Assembly: GCF_018350175.1 (NCBI RefSeq)
Contig: NC_058368.1
Location: forward strand, 234,920,001 to 234,984,000
Reading direction: 5' to 3'
DNA from: Felis catus
Lineage: Eukaryota
DNA length: 64,000 bases
The notes under the pieces: model-generated
Seen by the model: only the letters and a program-made list of their open reading frames with translations
Told to the model about the DNA's origin: nothing
Database searches by the model: none
Translations under genes and position numbers: made by a program
In this document: positions 35,633-49,160 of the stretch, piece by piece
Numbering within the stretch: position 1 is the first letter of the stretch
Layout of the letters: each line of letters begins with the position of its first letter

Positions 35633-37734
35633 AAAAGAGACTTAAGAGACATTTCAACCACTCCCCCACCCTGAGTTGGAGGTCTTACCTCCCTCCCTTC
35701 AAGGTGGACATAGGAACCTCTGATAAGGTGCTCTCCATGCCTGCCCTCGAACCTACAAATCTTTCTGCCCTCACATGTTAACTAAGAGCTTGGATGGCGC
35801 CCTTGCACATATTCTTAAGGACCTGATGCTCTTGACCGACGTCTCTGTCCTCATCACTCCTGTGTTCTCATCTCCCCACTGCCTCCCGGGGGAGCAGGTC
35901 TGCACAACAGCCCTCTCCGGACCCTCCTTCCCTTTTCTTCTTCCTTCTTGCTGTGTTTTCTCTCCAAATACAGTCCTTTCCCCACTACCCATCTGTATGC
36001 TGCTTCCATCTTCATTCACCTTGAAAATGCTGCACATTTTAATAATCAGCCCTCCAGAAATACTGAGTCTGTTTTCACTGTGAGCACAATGCCTATCTTT
36101 TTAGGTCTAGGGATTTCGAAGTGACAGGAAATGAAAATGAGGAAATAAAGGCTGGGAGGATGTAGAACTAGGGACACGCGTCTCTCTTTGTCTCTGTCTC
36201 TTTCCCTCTCTGTCTCCTGTACACACATACATTAGAAAAATTCCTCCGTGCACACAAATTATTCCATTGTAAACAGACCCCATCAACCCAAGCGCTAAGG
36301 GAATACGAAAATTATCAAGAGTTGCAGAGGCATGAGGCCAGGGAAAGCGACTGTTTAAAATACATTTGCCTAACTGTCTATCCCCAAATAATACAGGGAC
36401 AAAAAAGTACCTGCAAACCATATACTTCAAACCAAAAGAGTAAGCAAACGAAAAACTTCCTTTAGAAAAGGATCAGAAAAAGATATTTTCGCCAAAAGTG
36501 ATTCCAATTAGATTTCATTTCTCACACTCAAATACGGCAGGAATAAGGAAAATGAGGCATCCATAGAACAGAACTCAAATGTCTTGGTTTCCCTACAGCA
36601 TACATTTAAATTCATTATTATGTTTCCTGGGAAATTCCCTCCTTCAGAATATTTAATTCAACACAAAGTAAGCGCGTGCGTGAACTAACAGCGCATGTTA
36701 GTGAGGAAACAGAATTTACGCCGGTGACTTACATGAAGAATCGATAATGAAGGGACTCTAGGAAGCATGTGGGGGGTCAAGGGAGCAAATGAGCAGTGGT
36801 ACATCCAGAAAGATCCGAAGCCCTTAGAGGAAGGATCACCCAGCAGGAGCTGTAGACACAGAGGACAGGTGTCTGCCCGAGATGCAACTTGGAAAGTTGG
36901 AGCAGCAGGGGACAAACACGGATTGTCTCTCTTCTCACCGTGGCCCTGCTTCCCCTTGACTGAATCCGATGAGGATCCTGGTCTGGGAGCCCAGGAAGTG
37001 GTCGTCTGCACCCGCCAGCCCCCGGGGCGAGAGCAGGGCAGAGACGCCCAGAAGAGCCAAATGGAGAGCAGGTTGGGAACTCGGTGATGAATAGACAGCA
37101 TCCAAGGCTCCGCATCTTCTGTTCCAGTTACGTGTTTGTGGTTCTTTCTGGACACAGTCACCTCAAGGCAGCTGGCACTTGGTTGTGATACATCTTTCTT
37201 CCTTCACCGACTGTTATTATTATTATTTGAGCTTAATAACCCAGCTGGAAAATGCTGAGTGTTGCCAGTGTTTTTAGATTCCGTATCCAAACTCAGCAGC
37301 GTTCTGGTTACATTTCTGGATGTCATTTAATACTTCATTCTACAGGAAATTGAAGCCAGATTACCTGGGTGTAACACGAGCAGGTCTGTGTGGCAAAAAT
37401 ACATCGATTGTCCTGGCAGATCAACAGTTAATGAATGATTTTAGATATAATAAGACGCAGCTCTTTGACCATCAACGACTCCATCTGCCCCGTATGCCCT
37501 TCCCACCCCACAGAGCACACATGGGGCATGTAAAAACCCAGACTTAAGAAGTTATAGATGCTGAGCTAAACAGAGATTCAGAGACGGGGGATACGAAACC
37601 GCTCCTCTCCCCAGAGACCCAGACTGCGATCAGACCAGCGGTAGTAGTAAGGTTTATCATTAGGGTCCAAAATTTGTAAATTCTTGGATTTCCTGATGCA
37701 ATGTCTACTGTGCTTTATTATAAAAGGACACACG

Positions 37735-37850
37735 GGGCGCCTGGGTGGCTTAGTTGGTTGAGAGACTGACTTGATTTCTGCTCAGGTCACAATCCCAGGG
37801 TCGTGGGATCGACCCCCAATTGCTCTCTGTAAAACAAACAAACATACAGA
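37735..37850 (+). mobile_element. Short, internally deleted Can-SINE
   Basis: Head ggggcgcctgggtggcttagttgg..gtcgtgggatcgacccc then a short CT stretch and aaaacaaacaaac. Confidence 0.85.
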
Positions 37851-38109
37851 AAATTTGACCCTTAAGAAATGCACATCTCCACTGTGTACTAATAATAACC
37901 TAGTCCCTGCTTCCTGGCTGATAGTTGAAAAGATGATTAATCAATTTTGCCGGGGACAAAGAATCACATGCCTCCTCTCTCTCTTACCCTTTCCTGATGA
38001 ACAAAAGGATGGCTCGCTACACCTAGCTATTTGCCTCAACCCTGTCCACTCCCTCATGTCCTCACGACATCTCCTCAATTATCTTACTGTTTGAATCGGC
38101 CTTGACTGG

Positions 38110-38800
38110 TCGAGGTGAGGCTGTGAAAGCTATTAAAATGTGTTTGCTTTATGTTCTCGATGTGATAGGAAGATATCGGAGCGTTTTCAGCAAAGGAACA
38201 ACACTGATGTATGGTTTTAAAGTATCACTCTGGCTACCATGTGGCGAATGGACAAGACAGGTTGGAGGGCATCACGGTGGGGCCGCCCTGACATATTAGT
38301 GGGCTTCCTTGCTTGGTAGCGGTGATGGTAATCCATAGGAGCAGAGTCTGTATGTGCCTTCGAGACAGAGCCACCCAAATGTGCCGGTGGATTGGATGTG
38401 GGATCTCAGGAGTGAACAATATCCCCCAAGCTGTTTGCCCGAACGAGCCGAGGAATGAGCACATGGTTTGCTAAGGTGGGAAACTAAGGAGACGGATAGG
38501 AGGCGTCAAGAGTTTTATTCCGGAAATTTTAAGTGGAGTCTTCCCTTTCGGGCATCCAGGTTGGTGATGTCAGGATGCATGAGGCTGGGGCTCGGGATGG
38601 AAGAGGTGCATTTCGGGGTCCTCGGTTTGTGTAGTATTTAGGTAGTAGAACTAGAAAGGGACACCCAGGGGTGGGGGTGGGGGATGTACAAGGCAGACAG
38701 CACCTGTAGGGAAGGAGCCCTGAAGGTCCCATAATTTAGAGACCAAAAATACAGGGGCAAGAAAGCCAAACGGTCTCAGAAGCAGCCTCCAGTGAGATAG
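38110..38800 (-). mobile_element. L2 fragment
   Basis: atggttttaaagtatcactctggctaccatgtggcgaatggac..ggattggatgtggg..caagagttttattccggaaattttaag antisense L2 pattern. Confidence 0.7.
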
Positions 38801-39355
38801 GAAGGAACCCGTGTGAGTTTCATTTTTTCTTCACTCTAAAAATGGGCATTGCCCATCTCTGGAAGAGGGGATTACGAAACCCACCCGTGACTCAAATTAT
38901 ACGAAGCGAGTCCAGCAAAGGGATCTGGTACCTTCTGCCTGGAAATAGGTTTGTGTTTATCCGTGTGTGCACACGGGCTCACCCCCCCACACACACACAC
39001 ACTCAGGCATGTCCTCACAGACGCAGGGGCACACATCTGTGAGCACATCCGTCCACCCACCGTCACGTAGACACGGTGACACAGGATTCCTGGCAATCTG
39101 TCCTAAAGATAACCAGTCTGTTTTACTTTTCTGGAGGATCAGTTTGACATTTTAATCATGGGGAAACCTTCAACCGAATATGTCACTCTTGAATATTGTG
39201 ACAAGGCCTTTCATCCTGTGTTGAGATTCTGGGAGCCAACCGCTCAACCATAATTATATGAAATGAGGGGAAGAAAAGAAATGCGTAACTGGCCGACCAA
39301 ACAAGTAGCGGCAAGTGGGCCTTGGGCTTCTGAGACCCTGCATCTTTAGGTAGAC

Positions 39356-39790
39356 TGTCGGTTCTCTACTCCTGCATGACAAATAGCCCAAGAGTGACCA
39401 CAGCTTTTATTATCCCACGGTTTCTGGGGGCCGGGGGTCTGCAGGTTGGGTGCCTCTGGTTCAAGGTCTTTCAAAGCCTCCAGCCAAAGTACAGCTGGGG
39501 GAGGACCTGCTTCCACCCTCTCTCTCTCTCCCGTGACCTTTGGTGGCCTCAGGTCTGCACCCGCTGTGGGCCTGGGACCTCTGTTCCTTGCGCCCGGGCC
39601 TCTCCGGAGGGCAGCCGGCAACCTGGCCACCGGCTGTCCTGCAAGTGTGTGCACGAGAGGTCCGAGACCGGAGCCCGTGCCCATGCAGCCTGCTGTTTTT
39701 GTTAGAAGCCCGACACTGGGTCAGGGCTGGGGAGGCCCCAGAGGGGAGAACACAGGGTGGGGGGCGGCCGATGGTCCAGGACGCAGTGCT
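39356..39790 (-). mobile_element. MLT1E/F-like MaLR LTR
   Basis: tctactcctgcatgacaaatagccca..ttattatcccacggtttctg..ggggaggacctgcttcca..gggcagc..gttagaagc. Confidence 0.6.
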
Positions 39791-42700
39791 TTTGACCCAG
39801 CCCTGAAGACCATGTGCATTTGACGAGGCATCTGAAGCGTTTTGGATGGTCTCTAACCGTTTTTCGGCCCCGCACAGCGCACGCTGGGAAGCTGGCAGAC
39901 GACGGGGAAACAGTCATGCTGTATCCCCGGCTGTGATGGTCTCTTACATCCGGCCTTAGTGCAGCCCGTTTGAACTGAGTGGCACGGCCTCAGGGTGGGG
40001 AGCAGGGACCTGGCAGCACGGGTTATTTTAACGACACTTTAAAGTAAGTCTCCGCCATCTGTTCCTTCCTAATTGCAAACCTACTCTCATGTGCATTAAA
40101 AACAGCATTAAAAACGAGATTCTGGCAGAACGTTCTAGATGCTTGGCTAGCTCGTCCCCTTGGTTCTAAACGAATTTCTTCAGTGGCCATAGCTTGAAAT
40201 CCAAGGCGTTCCCTCCGAGGTGAAGACACAAACACCAGTCTGACTGTGTGTCCAGTACTCAAATGTGTGGGATTCACGTTGGAGGCTCCCTCTGTCTCTC
40301 TGTAATTGTATTATTGCAAACAAGAATTCTCTTTAAGAAGGATTTTACATTTCAAATTCCCCAACTGTCTTCAGTAATTTTAGCTTGCTTTAGGGATAAG
40401 GGGAGGATTTCAGCGGAAGCCCTTTAAACAGGAATTAAACTCATTTGCACAATTTAGACCTGCGGATCTCTCCTGAGCACGTCGAGGCATTTTACAGAAT
40501 TTAGCACTGCAAATATTATTTTATTTCTCTGCTTCCCCTCCCTAAGGAATTATTCATCAAGATGAACTCTAAAACAAATCAAGAGATACCAAGAGATACA
40601 TGGCTGTAAAAATAATCTGATATTCAAAAGACAGCAGGCGATTTTACATGTAAAGGGTGGCAGCGTTTAAGGAAGGATACATGCCCCTCATCAGGACTAC
40701 TGATGTTGCTGCCTCGGTGAGTAGCAATGCATTGTGGGCCTCCAGCATATTGACAACCTGCCAAACAGCCCCCGCCCCGCCCCGCCATGCTGTCAAAATC
40801 TGCCAGGCAGGCCTTCGACTTGCACTGAACACAGGGAAAGTGGCGAACACGGTCTCCATCCACTAAGTGCCAGGGATCGACGCCTCCTGCCAGCCGCCAC
40901 GGTTTTCCTGAACAAGTGGCACACGTGGGGTCATGCCTAGAGACACCAGCCACATACTTGGATGCCTTTTCTTAAGCCACCAGACATTTTCGATCGGGAG
41001 ACAGGTCAACGATGGGCACAGGAGGAGAGCATTGGGTCTGGGTGCAATGGCGTTTAGGTTGCTCCCTGAGATCCATCAGCCTTTGAGATCTTTGATGTAG
41101 TAAGATTCACGGGGCGGCAGTTGGTCCCCTCCTGCACCAGCCCCCAAAGCAGAGGCGAAGAGTGCCAGAGACCCTTGAGGGGAACCGTGGTGGAAGAAGA
41201 GGCCTCAGGTTTCTGTGCAAGCTCAAGGCGTTAATTGGAATGGATCTGTGTGTTCTCTGTTTGGTCTGGTTTGCACAGATTCCCTGCTCATTTTCTTAAT
41301 ATTTGTCTGAGGAGGGCCTGTCACCCAGTCACATCATCCTAAGGTTCTCAGCCTGGGGCATTTTGCCCGTGAGTACCTGTAGCATGGTCTGTGCTCCAAG
41401 ATTCATATCCTGTCCTTTTCAACACGGCATCCAGACAGAGCTCTTACATAACTTTGGTTCTGCTTAACTCTGCTCAAGTCTGTTAAGAAAATAGTTTCAC
41501 AAAAACTGCTGGTTACAGGCTTCTAATGTCCTGCCATTACAAGATGCTAGCATTTTAAAACATCAGTCTTCCAGTGCAGAGGAGAAACGCTAAACCAGCA
41601 AGTGCAGGACTGTCCAGAGAATGGTCCAAGGGCAGAACATTCCAGAGAGAGCTTATGGAACAGATGCTAACTGAAGGTGAAGGGGCCCTTATTTCAAAAA
41701 TAAGTTGATGAGCTTCTCTGAGTGGTTTACTGTGGGCTTTCCTCATTCTCGATGGTGGGAAAGGCTCTTCCCATTGGCTGGTCACGTTCTTGCTGTGGAA
41801 ACTGCATCTGGAAAATTGTGTTGTGTATTCTGGGGTTTGGGACTAGAAGAGAAGTAATAAGCACGACAGAAATTCAGAGTGGAAAGGACACAGATGAGCA
41901 CAAATTCCAAAACAGAAATTGTCGATGGAAAAAGCAAAACAAAACACAAAAAGCTGACAGCAGTGGAAGAAATAACACATGAAAACGTATGGAAACAACC
42001 AGCTGCGTTCTCTTTGGATCAAACATTATTATTTTAATGAGTTTTTTAGGCCTGTTTTTGTTTTCAGAATAATGAATGTTCTTTAGGTAACGGTGCAACT
42101 TTTTCTAAGTGTTTATTTAGCTTTTTCCCCACTTTGGAGTCTTGGTGAAAGTTCACGCCACTCAGTCACTATTTGGAGCTTTGGTGTAAATGGTTTTAGG
42201 AGGGGGAGCCCTAGAGAGAACTGGGTTTGAGGACTCTTTTTATGATTCAAGGGTTCCCGGCATTGGGCACATTGCTGTGGGCCAGAGTCTTCTCACCTGA
42301 TGCTCTGGGAGAAGTTCCACATCTCACGCCCACACGGGACAGAGAGAACAGACCCGGACAAACTGCATAACTCATAAAACTATACCCAAACTGCTATTAC
42401 AGATGGTCATTGGGGGATCTGTCAGAATGCACAGAATGCCCCAAGTCGTGTGGATGTGAACTAACGAAATATCTGTGTTTCATCTTGTGTCCAGGGACCG
42501 CTGCACATTGGCAAGGCTAAGAAGACATACCTGATGGGACTGTTGAGAGCTATCTAGGCTGCTTCAGCCTTTAAAACCATGAGTGATACACCAGATCCCA
42601 TGTTCTGCACCCTTCTAGACACAAAGTGATTAACGATGTCTAAACAAAATCTCCTGTGTCATAATAACGTGTGCTGATGCCATTGGCCGACCTTCTGCCT

Positions 42701-43739
42701 TTAACTCTAAGGCGGAAACTGGTTCCTGGTCCTAAGCTTCCTATACTCTAGAGGAGAGAGCTTCCCCGGGCAGCTCTTATCCCATCTGCTGTAAGGAATA
42801 CTGACCTTGTATTTTGCCTTCTACTTTTAGTTCATGAAGTGCCCTGAATCGCCGGGAATGCACAAGCTGGCTCACCCCAGATTACAGTAGTGCGGCAAGA
42901 GCTACTTAAGAGCCCCCAGCCTCATCTGGGACAGAAATGGCCCCGTAGTCCCACAGCATTGTAGCTCCTGCCCTGTGTGATGATGTAGGAAGAAGACATA
43001 CCCTATGCACTTCTCCGAGGCCCCAAGGGAGATGCATCATGTGCTGTCCAGCTGGTGAGAACTCCAGGTGGCATCTGTTTGTCACCAGCCTGATCGGTCT
43101 GCCTGTCCTCAGCCCTGAGAGCCAGGTATCCCCACCTTCGGACAGGCGCAGGAATTCCCGATCCTGCGGATTGCACTCCAGTTTGACCAAGTGGCTCTCC
43201 CCAGGTGGGAAGAACAAGAATGCACCCCATTTTCTTTATACTGGAATGACAAGAGCTTACAAAAATGATGTGCTTGGTGCCACGTCAACTTTCATTTTGT
43301 AGGAAATGGCTCCTTCAGGTGTTACATGTAGCCCTACCTCGAGCTGGCACCACTAAATGGGTCACTGAATATCTGGGGTCTGAGAAGGATCGACTTGATT
43401 CTTTGTCCCAAAGCAGAGGGTCAGACCCTTCTTCTCTGGGGTGAATTGATTGCCAGGAGGCCCTCAGAGCCTCCGAGCAGCCGGCACTTACAAGGAATAC
43501 CTTTCTGTTTCATAAATGAATGTAAGCACCATGGTTTTGCAGGGACTTTCCTGGCATGTGCACGAATGACTGAGCCAGTGGACTTTTCCACTGACTTTTA
43601 CTCAAGCACGCTGCATCACCCCTCCAAATTCCTTTTCAAATAGCTACCTCCATAATAGTGAGATCTACAGAGCCCGGATTCCTGAGTAATGAGAGAAAAT
43701 TTTAAGATGCTAGCAGAAAGATTATAATGTCATTTAGCA

Positions 43740-43942
43740 CTTTTTTTTTAAACATTGATTCAGTTTTGAGAGACAGAGCGTGAGCGAGGGAGGGGCAGTG
43801 GGGGGGAGACACAGAATCCGAAGCACGCTCCAGGCTCTGAGCCGTCAGCACAGAGCCTGACACGGGGCTCGAACTCACAGAGCGCGAGATCATGCCCTGA
43901 GCCGACGTCGGACGTTAAATGACTAAGCCACCCAGGCGCCCC
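43740..43942 (-). mobile_element. Can-SINE
   Basis: Antisense SINE body and head. Confidence 0.93.
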
Positions 43943-46834
43943 TAGTCATGTAACATTTGAATAGCAAAATAAAACAGTTCTCATTTTCCTTGTTGAATGT
44001 GAATGGCTTCCCTCTTAGCCATAAATCATTCCCTCGGTAAAAGGTAAACGTTTTGCCATTATCACATGGAAGGTCCACGTAGAAAACGCTCACGACGAAT
44101 GGTGTACCGCATAAAAGATGCGGCTGTAGTGGAATTCGTTGCTACAGTTCCCCACGGGTCAAACATAAATGTGAACACTGACAAGCTTTACAACTTCCAC
44201 AAGCCACGATGACAGATTTCTTTTAAAAATTAGACCAGCGATACAAGGCCAGAAATGTAGGATCTAGGGTGTGTTCGAGGAGGCTTTGGAACCTGTATCC
44301 TTCGGTTGCAAAATCTTTCCAACTGGGCAAGATAAGAGGGATGGCAGCGGGCTCAGAAGATGCTGGCGCTGTCGGGGGCGTAGACATCGAAGGTGTTCTT
44401 GCTTCTTTGCTCTCATTTTATGCCTGGGACACGTTCCGAATGACAGACACCTGGTGGAGGAGACCGGGAGACCGTTTAGGCACGGATTTAAAAGAGCAAG
44501 TATCAACGCCTTCTGGAAGTCAGGGGGGCAAGGAAATAACTCTTCTGAAGTCTCACCGGAGGAGTTAAAAAGCCAGAGGAGTAAACTGCAACATACACCT
44601 GGCATGTGATGTCGGCAGCTCCTTCCAAACTGGAGAGAGGAGAAGAGTCATTTTACGAGACCACTCAGCCGGGTGGGAACCCTTTGAGGCTACTTCCACT
44701 CCCTCCGGGGACGTAAATCGCATCACACGTGGAGATTTTAGAGGGATCTTTTCTAATGTCAAACAGTATGATAGGAGGGCCGGGATGACAACTGAGGGGG
44801 TGCTGGTGCCTCCGTGGGGACATGACCACCATAGGAATGCAGGTAACTGTGGCAGCAGACAGAGAAAGCCGGGGGCCCATCCATCACGGCTCTATTCAGG
44901 TCTTGGCGGGACGGTTGTATAATTGGTTTACTTTTTCTTGCAATATCTTCCCAATCAGGCGTGGAGCCTCCGCAGTGCCCCGCGGGACCACATGGTTCTT
45001 TCACCCGCCGTGCCTCTGCCACCCCACAATAATGGGAAACTATGATCACTTACGGGCTAAGTGAATGAGCTGTCTCGGCAGAAAGGCCAATTATGGTGCC
45101 CCCGCCTTGCAACAGAATTTGCCAGGAGCTCTCACGACGGTGACAAACAAGGGTGACAAAATGCCTCTGGATGGAAACATGGAAAAGACAGCAGACAAAG
45201 AACGATACGCGCTGTGAAAACGCTCCTCAGGAAGACAGGTGATCTATTAATCCCAATTTTACCGCGTTAGCGCTAAAAACAGACTTTATCGTGACCTCAG
45301 TTCGACAGCCGGCTTGGATCTTAAACGCCTAAAGATCGCCTCGCGTCTGTAGTATCCTCACAGCTGGTAGCATTATTTAAGATTTCTCTTACAGAGTTTG
45401 TGCGAAGTTGAAAGGAAAAAAAATACCTGGGGCTTTCATTAAGGGGAACACGTTACGTAATCCCATATGAAGCTCAGGGATATTTTATTCTTATTTACAA
45501 TTATAGGTGTTTCACTGCATTCATTTATGATGAGGGTTTTAGGACCCCTAACCGGGCTTGTCTTGCCATCAGCTCAGCCCTGACAAATCCCTGCGATGTC
45601 ATCACTAATTGTCCGCCTGACGACTAGCACACCGGGGGGTGAGGTCGTCTGATCTGAGCTATCTATTTGCAGATTGTGCCTGTTGGTTGAGCAAAAATTA
45701 TTTCTGAAACTGTCACTTACCAGAGCATACTTTTTGCATTTTAATAAACGTGGCTCAGAGAGCTGCCCAGAGCCTGTTTGGTTGATGCACCAGGCTCTTC
45801 CCTGCCAGCAATTATCACCGCAGAGGAGCTATTGACAGAGTCTGCACGTGGGACTGAAGCCATCAGTGTTTGGAAAAGTCTTTCCTGAGCCCACGCCTCC
45901 CGACTGAGAAGCCCCGTCCGTGTTAAGGGGGCCGTGGGGCACTTACAAGCCCGTGTTTCCTGGGTTCTATACATGTATACTGTCCAGAACACTCGAAAGA
46001 CATTTGGGTAAGCATCAACCATAGCCATGTTTACATCGCTCGTATCACTATATGCCCTATTTTGGGCAGGGTTTCCGCAGGCACAGACACTTTGGAGTTA
46101 CAGACAGAATCTCGCAGATTCTGCCAACGATTGGTGCCAAAGTGATCCTGATTATCCATCTCGGAGTATCAGCTCCTGCCAGCAACAATTAATGAGATGA
46201 TTTCACTCATGATCTTTGAATACTATGAAATAAAAACAGAAGCAGGAATAAAAGAATGATGAGCCGGGGGCCTCATTACCCAGGAAACAACAATTTTCGA
46301 TTGTTAAGGAAAGACCATCCCAGCCAATGAAAGCAGAAGAGGGTTCGGGCTTCTCTCATCTTTGGGAACAGAGGATCCAGCATGAAGCGGCCCAGATGAG
46401 CCCTGTGTCCATCAGTCTTTCTGCCCCACCGCTGTGGTCCCCACTGGGTCAGACGTTCTGCGGTCGTTTCCCAGAGTGTCCTCTTGAGCCCTTGGCGGGC
46501 ACTGTGCTCATGAGCAACGGCGTGAAACCTTCCTTGGATGCTCTTGCTGCTTCGTGCCATGCAAACCATGTTTCAAATAGGAAATCTTTCCCTTACGACA
46601 GAAGAACGATGGCTCACTAATTTTAGCTTCTTCTGGTGAGTGATCTACCAGTGAAATAAATACAAGCGAGATGGTCAAGTTAAAATGAGTTCTGGTTCCA
46701 GCAAGCCATTGAGAATCCATGTGATGTTTGGGCAAGTCCCTCCTTTCCTCTGAGCTGCTCTCCCTTCTCGCTGATCATGGATGGCCTCCTTACTCTATGA
46801 TTCTGTGATTCTCTGAATGCTAAAAAGGTAAACA

Positions 46835-46871
46835 TTCTCTCTCTCTCTCTTTGCCCTCCTCCCCTACTTAT

Positions 46872-46911
<40 letters not shown>

Positions 46912-46919
46912 GTAAAAAA
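46835..46919 (+). mobile_element. Can-SINE 3' part only (CT region and short tail)
   Basis: ttctctctctctctctttgccctcctcccctacttatgctctct(ct)n agtaaaaaa. Confidence 0.75.
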
Positions 46920-46922
46920 GGT

Positions 46923-47222
46923 GTGGGCGCCTGGGTGGCTCAGTCAATTGAATGTCCAACTCTTGATTTCAGCTTAGGTCATGATCCCAGGGTTGTGGGA
47001 TCAAGCCCCACATCGGGCTCTAAGCTGAGCATGGAGACTGCATGGGATTCTCTTTGTCTCTGTCTCTGTCTCTCCCTCCACTGCCGCTCTCCTTCACTGT
47101 GCTCTGTCTCTCTAAACAAACAAGCAAACAAATAAACAAGCAAATAAATGAATAAACAAGTAAATTAATAAATAAAACAAATAAGTAAATTAATAAATAA
47201 AACAAATAAATATAAAAATAAA
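46923..47222 (+). mobile_element. Can-SINE with long AAAT/AAAC tail
   Basis: Full head and ~110-nt A-rich tail. Confidence 0.92.
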
Positions 47223-47334
47223 AGGTAAACAAATTTCCTGAAAAACAAAAAGAAAGCCTGGGCAAATGCTTTCTATTGTATCATGGAGGCTATGTGATCT
47301 CTCTATTTTCACCGTGTTCATCTATTCATTATTT

Positions 47335-47567
47335 TATTATTTTTAATTTTTTTTTTACATTTATTTATTTTTGAGAGACAGAGAGAGACAGAGCATGAGC
47401 AGGGGAGGGGCAGAGAATCCAAAGCAGGGAGACATAGAATCCGAAGCAGGCTCCAGGCTCGGACCTGTCAGCACAGAGCCCGATGCAGGGCTCGAACTCA
47501 TGAACTGTGAGATCATGACCCGAGCCAAAGTCGGATGCTTAACCGACGGAGCCACCCAGGTGCCCCT
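47335..47567 (-). mobile_element. Can-SINE
   Basis: TSD tcattatttta. Confidence 0.93.
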
Positions 47568-49069
47568 AGTCATTATTTTAAATTACAACTAGATGGATCC
47601 TTAGCTAGCTAGATGGATGGGTGGGCAGAAAGACAGACAGACCAACTGGGAGTGAGGCACATGGAGGGGGAATCTAGACATCACAGGTAATGCAAACTGC
47701 ACGCAGGGCATGGTCTCTATTTTAAGGAGCTCGGAGATGGAAGGAGAGACTTGGGCTGAACCTGCCATCTGGTCAATAATATTCATCAGCATGGAAGCAG
47801 GTGCGTGAGCGCACGGTGTGGACCAAGTGCTTGCAATGGGGCATCCGACGTGAGGGCAAGAACGGTGTGTGTTTTTATGGGCCGCCCTTCCACTCTGGTG
47901 GTTTTCACTGGCGGAGTCATTTTTCCTTTGTAAGAAGAGAAGGTTGTTTCTTACATAATTTCAAAGTAACTAAACTGTTTGCAGATTTATCAAACTGTCC
48001 AATTGTATGTTAATTATTTAAAAAAATGATAAAAGCTTGAAGAGTTTAAGAAGGCAATTTAGTTTGTTTACCTGCCTCCAGGCAAGACTTCCACTTACCG
48101 ACAGAGATAATTGGTATCCTGCCAAATGACTGTTTTTTTGGTCTCAGCAATTAATTTTTTCCCTAATTAGTGGTGTTAGGATAAGAGCTGTTTCTTATAA
48201 TTAACGGGGAAAGTTGCTACTGAGATTGTTTTAATATCACATTCAGCACATGAACCTAGCAGGGCAGTTTAGCACCTTTCCTTGGGCTGTGACATTTCTT
48301 AAGTAGCCACTTACTTGGAGGGTTCCGTCCCCGAGGCCGGCCGGTGCCCGTTTCAATGAGTGGTGCTATGGACAATAATCATCTTAAATGTGCACGGTTC
48401 CGCTTCTCTGTTGTTAATTGGTGGCCTTTGGAAAGTCTCTCCTGCTCTTGTATCGTGAATGCTGCCATCAGCCAGGCCCAGAGGAGCAAACACAAGAAAG
48501 TGTGTTCTGGGAATCTGATCCAAGGCCAAGAAGTGCGCAAGGTACAGCCAACGATGACAGGAACAATGTTGTAAAACCATCCTTGCTGGCGGTCCTTCTA
48601 ACGTGTCTTTCGTGGCTGCAAACATTGGTATTCTAGTTGTCTGACGTCAGCAGAGGTTCATACATCTGACTCTGCAAAGAACTCTCGGTGCACGTTGACG
48701 TATTGAGATGATGCTTAAAGCCACGATGTGTTCAGCCAGCTCCGCCAAATGCCAGTTGCTCAGAAACTTCCACAGAAATTAGATGCGATTGGTGTTGGCT
48801 GTTGGTGAGTCATCGCTTACGCACAGCAGCCCACGCTCGTGTGCCAGTGCCCAGTGCTCTCCCCACCTGCTTGTGTGGCTCACAGAGCAGCTTTTGTCCA
48901 AACGTAAGTGCTTTACGGAGTCATTAAATGCAAGACCTTCTTAGGAACAAGTTTCTAGAGACTGAGTCAGACAGTCAATGTCATAATGTGTCTTTGAAGA
49001 AGGTCGTGCTGAAAGGAACTTCAAATACGCCAATTTGGTTTGCTAGCTGAGCAGAAGTTTAAGGCATTT

Positions 49070-49160
49070 CTCTCCTTCCTCTTGCTCCTCCCTCCCCCTT
49101 CTCCTCCTTCCCAACCCTCCTCCCCCTCCTCCTCTTCCTCCTCCTCCTCCATTCCTTCTT
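49070..49160. repeat. CT-rich / (CCT)n low complexity
   Basis: Direct read. Confidence 0.85.

Larger units (their letters stand above)
34535..35660 (+). mobile_element. L1MC4/5-like 3'UTR fragment interrupted by two SINEs
   Basis: ctagccaaagatgggacattttgagtatcaat..gcaatggattgaaacat..ttttgaaaactggtaa..aaaatccagaatctgggaaactctataggacaa. Confidence 0.7.

Noticed and set aside
40072..40600. Short tandem pairs (gcattaaaaac x2; aagagatac x2)
   Set aside because: Ordinary slippage-scale duplications with no further structure.
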